Part shown: piece after piece, positions 22,690-27,935 of the stretch
Numbering within the stretch: position 1 is the stretch's first letter
How the letters are laid out: each line of letters opens with the position of its first letter
From: Octopus sinensis
Lineage: Eukaryota
Direction of reading: 5' to 3'
Assembly (NCBI RefSeq): GCF_006345805.1
Contig: NW_021827518.1
Span: 1 to 27,935, forward strand
DNA length: 27,935 nucleotides
Notes under the pieces: generated by a model
Databases searched by the model: none
What the model was told of the DNA's origin: nothing
The model's input: only the letters and a program-made list of their open reading frames with translations
Translations under genes and position numbers: made by a program

Positions 22690-22845
22690 CACACACACAC
22701 GCACACACACACACTCTTGAAGCCTGGTACTTATTCTACCAGTCTCTTTTACCTAGCCGTTAAGTTACGGGGACGTAAGCACACCAGCACGGGTTGCCAT
22801 GCGGTAATGAGAGAAAACCCTGATGCAAAGACACACACAAATACA

Positions 22846-22891
<46 letters not shown>

Positions 22892-23037
22892 ATAATATAT
22901 ATATATATATGACGGGCTTCTTTCAGTTTCCGTCTACGAAATCCACTCACATGGCTTTGGTCGGCCCTAGGCTATAGTAGAAGACACTCGCCAGAAGCTA
23001 TGTGGTTGGTAGGCAAACTTCTTACCACACAGCCACC
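22549..23037 (-). mobile_element. tRNA-derived SINE S1
   Basis: Reverse-complement homologue of 7186-7571, with a short deletion in the head. Confidence 0.85.
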
Positions 23038-23299
23038 AGCCACCACGCATGCACTTAATGTCTAAGGAACTTATTGAAGAAGCAGAGCAACGAGTATTCA
23101 TCTTAGGATAAGCTATCATGAGTATAAAATCAAGGATAAACCGCCCCGACAAAAAAATACGAACAAAAAAAAATTATTAATAAAACAAAAATCACTCGAA
23201 AAAATTATTTTGAAAAAAACCCCCATTAAATTGTAGCTTTTTACGCTGCGTTTATGCGTTTCTCTCCATTCTGTAAGCATTTGTCAAAATTCGTATATA

Positions 23300-23333
<34 letters not shown>

Positions 23334-23586
23334 TACTGTAAATTTAGGGTGAATACTTGATAGTGGCAGAGGTGAGAGAGAATATATCAAATAAAATCAA
23401 AAACAGAACACAAAGGATATCGCGGTACACGTGTTTCAAGTTTTATTAACAACCTGTTCTTACATCAGTGTTAATTGATATAAAAGATGGTTTAAAGCTC
23501 TCTTCAAGCCGCAAACATTGTTATATATATATATATATAATATATTATATATATATATATATATATTATACACCACACACACACAT

Positions 23587-23665
<79 letters not shown>

Positions 23666-23666
23666 G

Positions 23667-23699
<33 letters not shown>

Positions 23700-23744
23700 A
23701 TTTGTTGTGCAAGATTTTTATGTGAAAATCGTGTGTTGAAACAG

Positions 23745-24088
23745 ATATTGTTGTATTTAGGAATGGTCATTTTGCCAGTTTAGCCAATAAAAACACACGC
23801 ACTATATATTTGGTGTTATATAGAGATATCCGCATGCGCAAATAAAGACACATGCAATAGAAATACAAAGTGGCTGACAGTTAGTAAGGAGAGACACAAA
23901 AATAAGAAAGAAGAAAGCAAAGGACCACTGATGCGGTCACAGGAGTGTGTCGAAAGAACTATGACCGAAATAAGATTAAAATTAATGTAAAAAATAAATA
24001 ACACTGAAGCAAAGTAACACCAAATATATAGTGCGTGTATTTTTATTGGCTAAACTGGCAAAATGACCATTCCGAAATACAACAATAT
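23745..24088. repeat. 74-bp inverted repeat pair (MITE-like, or inverted copies of one repeat)
   Basis: 23745-23818 is the near-perfect reverse complement of 24015-24088, with a spacer of about 196 bp. Confidence 0.85.
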
Positions 24089-24790
24089 ATATATATATTG
24101 CACAGGTAGTGTAAGAACTGTATGAGATATTAATTTTTATGTTAAATACGAATTCCATCTCTGCATATATAATCAATGATTTTTTCTAAACTGGGTGACT
24201 TTTAAAAATATCAACCGGTGGAAAATCATATAGATATTTTTAAAGTTGCGAGATTTTCTTTATACTGGAAAGGTTGAAATGTTATTTTAAAAGAAGGTAT
24301 TTCACAATTCTCATGAAAAGATATTTAAAAAAAAAAAAAAGAAAGTGTTGTAAATAGACATAAAACGAACGAGAAAGCGAAGAATGACGAAGCTGCTCTT
24401 AATATTGTTGACAAGTTGAAGTGAAATCGGTAACAGGCGGATTTTATTAGTGAAAAGTGAAAGAAAATTACAAGGCGTGCGAAAATGGACAATATGCATG
24501 AATGCTCTTCACTCGTTGATGTAAATTCCTACTTTGTTTCACCTAGAAAAGATTATCTCCCCTTTAATAGCACAATCACCAGAAGCAAACCATGAAAGAT
24601 GCGATAATACTTATATTTTTAAATATAATTTTTACGTTATTTTTTTAACTTTATTTTTACTTCGTCTTCTTATGTTTTCTAGTTATTTGCTTAGATTAAA
24701 GATGGTCAATTCTTTAAATTCTATTCATCACAAAAAGTTTAAGTCCTTTCACCCTCAAAATATTAACTCGCGACAGCAATATATAAACTG

Positions 24791-25850
24791 TTAGAATAAG
24801 AATAGCCTGGGCAAAGTTCAGAGAACTCCTACCTCTGCCGGTGACAAAGGGCCCCTCGCTCAGAGTAAAAGGTAGACTGTATGACGCATGTGTACGAACA
24901 GCCATGCTACATGGCAGTGAAACATGGGCCGTGAGTGCTGAGAAGATGCGTAAGGTTACAAGGAATGAAGCCAGTATGCTCCGCTGGATGAGTAATGTCA
25001 GTGTGCATACACGACAGAGTGTAAGTACCTTGAGAGAAAAGTTGGACCTAAGAAGCATCAAATGTGGTGTGTAAGAGAGACGACTACGCTGATATGGCCA
25101 AGTGGCGAGAATGGATGTGGATAGCTGTGTGAAAAAGTACCACACCCTAGCGGTGGAGGGGACCTGTGAGAGAGGTAGACCCAGGAAGACCTGGGATGAG
25201 GTGGTGAAGCACGACCTTCAAACATTAGGCCTCAACAAGGCAATGACTAGTGACCGAGACCTTTGGAAATATGCTGTGCTTGAGAAGACCCAAGTGAGAC
25301 CATATCCCGTAGCCTATGCCAGTGGTGTAACCAGTCCACTTATGCGTACCTTTCCTACATTGGACACTAAACTCTGCTTGCGAAGACCTGTTGAGGCAAG
25401 TGAAATCGAAATCAAATTCGATGACAGCACCGTTTGATTGGCATCCGTGCTAGTGGAGCGCTAAGAGCACCATCCGAGCGTGAGCGTTGCCAGGCCCGCT
25501 GACTGGCTCCCGTGCTGGTGGTATATAAAAAGCACCATTCGAGCGTGATCGTTATGAGCGTCGTCTTACTGGCACTTGTGCTGGTGGCACAGGAAAAGCA
25601 ACGTTCGAACGAGGTCGTTGCCAGTGCCGCTGGACTGGCTCCTGCGCAGGCGGTACGTAAAAAACACCATTTGAGCGTGGCCGTTGCCAGTACCGCTTGA
25701 CTGGACCTCGTGCCGGTGGCACGTAAAAACAACCACTACACTCTCGGAGTGGTTGGCGTTAGGAAGGGAATCCAGCTGTAGAAACTCTGCCAGATCAGAT
25801 TGGAATATATGTTGTCTGGAATGGGGTTTAAAGGGTCAAGCGTCAGGAAT
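24791..25850 (+). mobile_element. 5'-truncated RTE-clade LINE (ORF end and long 3' region)
   Basis: RIRIAWAKFRELLP..KGRLYDACVRTAMLHGSETWA..EASMLRWM..RRLR*YGQVARM..GRPRKTWDEVVKHDL..DRDLWK. Two in-frame stops. The 3' limit is approximate. Confidence 0.9.
25436..25735. repeat. 66-bp tandem repeat, about 4.5 copies
   Basis: (G/T)A(C/T)TGG anchors at 25436, 25501, 25567, 25633 and 25699. Confidence 0.85.
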
Positions 25851-25933
25851 TCTATTGAACTGAAAAAAATTATTTTGAAAAGAAAAGCAAATTTGTATTT
25901 ATGACATGTGCGTGAGTGCGTGCATGCGTGCGT

Positions 25934-25980
<47 letters not shown>

Positions 25981-26478
25981 GTGTGTGTGTGTGTGTGTGT
26001 TTGGGAATATGTTGTTTTAGAGAAGGAATATTTTTTGTGTCAAGACATTTTAAAAATTTCTTTTGAATATATATTCTGAATAAAAAAGAAATAAAACATG
26101 TTTTGACATTTTGCATACGCTATTATCAAGCAATGAGAACGAGTGCTCAGCGCTGTATTGGTGGATAAATATTCTTTATTTGTGTGTTAACAAGGCTGCC
26201 ATTGGTTACATGCCAAGAGCAGTTTTCTCAGCAATTATCTAACCTGCCACAATGGATCATTGGTGCTTGAATCCCTCTTAGATATGACGCACTCAGTTCG
26301 CGACAATTTTACCGATCAAGTTTCGGCTCGAATTGGTAATGAGATTAAATTCCCGTCGTTTACGTGACCCCAAAGTATTCCGCACAGTTTAAGGCTAAAG
26401 AGCTGAGCAATAACGAGAGCGAAGAACGTGGGCGTGATACTATGATCAAGTCAATGTTTTCTTCTCTCATTATATGTA

Positions 26479-26599
26479 CTAGCAGAATAGCCCGGTTTTG
26501 CACGGGATTAAGTTAGGATTATTAAGCTAGTCAAGTTCTTTTTTTTTTAAACCAAACTAACATCGACGTCAAATTTGGGCAAAATCCGTTGAAATTGGT

Positions 26600-26600
<1 letters not shown>
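26479..26600 (-). mobile_element. Helitron 3' terminus (third Helitron)
   Basis: Minus strand CCCGTGCAAAACCGGGCTATTCTGCTAG|T: hairpin plus CTAG at 26479-26482, similar to the H2 3' ends. 5' end not located. Confidence 0.7.
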
Positions 26601-26666
<66 letters not shown>

Positions 26667-26909
26667 CGATAGCTAGATAGATAGTAGATAGATAGCTAAA
26701 ACTTACTCGGAGAAGGATGCGTGGCGTTCGATCATACAGTGATATAAATAATATATAAATATATGCATATATACATACATATTTGATTATATTTATATAT
26801 TATTTATATTATTATTATATATATACATATATACATTCATACACATATATATATATATATGCATGTATACATACGTATATACATACATACGTACACATAC
26901 GTGCACACA

Positions 26910-26941
<32 letters not shown>

Positions 26942-26983
26942 CACACGCACGCACACACACACACACACACACACGCACGCACG

Positions 26984-27024
<41 letters not shown>

Positions 27025-27424
27025 GCACACACACACACACATTAGCTATTAGTGACGGGAAGTAGCTTTTATAACGAATATTAGTTGGCTCATCCAACTT
27101 GTATGCGTTGTTTTAAACGCCGTAAGCTGCGCTAATCACGCTGAGAAATCATTTAGTCTAAACGGTTGCGGTTTCTAGTCATACTCCCATACATACATAC
27201 ATACATACATACATACATACTCTGTTGTTGATGTTGAAATTCCAATGAAAGATCCTTGAATCTAGGTTAGAAACCAGCTCTTTCCCTATTGGCAAGAAAT
27301 TTTGAAATAAAACTACATACAAGCATAATACGTACACACGCACACAGACACACACACCATATATATACACATATATATATATATACTGTATATACATACA
27401 TACATTTATATATATATGTGTGTG

Positions 27425-27462
<38 letters not shown>

Positions 27463-27574
27463 GTATCTATATTATATATATATATATATATATTTAGTAT
27501 ATAATATATATATCTATTTATGTATTATATATAGATATATATATATTATGTATGTATATATATATATACGTGCA

Positions 27575-27745
27575 GGAGTGGCTGTGTGGTAAGTAGCTTG
27601 CTTAGTAATCACATGGTTCCGGGTTCAGTACCACTGCGTGGCACCTTGGGCAAGTGTCTTCTGCTATAGCATCGGGCCGACCAAACCTTGTGAGTGGATT
27701 TGGTAGACGGAAACTGAAATGTGATATATATACCGTCGTATATAT
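27575..27745 (+). mobile_element. SINE S1 head (5' half)
   Basis: GGAGTGGCTGTGTGGTAAG...GGTTCCGGGTTCAGTACCACTGCGTGGCACCTTGGGCAAGTGTCTT, homologous to 7186-7340. Confidence 0.85.
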
Positions 27746-27935
27746 ATCAGATTTCAAAATGTATTTAAGTGGCAGTTGAGTTCTTGATAATTGAATTTTA
27801 TAGAGATTACAAAATACTTTTTTTTAATGTTTAACACACTTCGATATCGTAAAAAAGTCTTTTTAAATACAACAATAAAAAATGTGAAACCCAGATCATG
27901 ATGTAACTTTATTCAACTGATATATTAATCTATAC

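Noticed and set aside
25436-25735. CRISPR-like periodicity
   Set aside because: The whole 66-bp unit is homologous between copies, with no unique spacers, no cas genes and a eukaryotic context.

Overview
AT-rich eukaryotic non-coding DNA, most likely a cephalopod (Octopus-like) intron or intergenic region. The organism call is an inference from the very high microsatellite density and from SINE and repeat families I recognise from memory. I found no supportable host protein-coding exon, rRNA, tRNA or CRISPR array; nearly all ORFs in the track are microsatellite read-throughs. The window is a mosaic of decayed transposons: Helitrons (one with a PIF1-helicase fragment), two pogo/Tigger transposase relics, and RTE, CR1-group, Tx1/L1 and R4/Dong-type (restriction-like endonuclease, RLE) LINE fragments. 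It also holds two tRNA-SINE families, long palindromic elements and two Penelope-type minimal hammerhead ribozyme motifs. The most informative region is 15.1-20.8 kb: four co-oriented RLE-LINE 3' ends, each abutting (TAA)n tracts. One is split by an opposite-strand Tx1 LINE at a coding ATAGATAGATAC (Ile-Asp-Arg-Tyr) site, and long (TATC)n arrays now flank both sides of the Tx1. This suggests two microsatellite-targeting retroelement systems acting on each other. All translations and alignments were done by eye.
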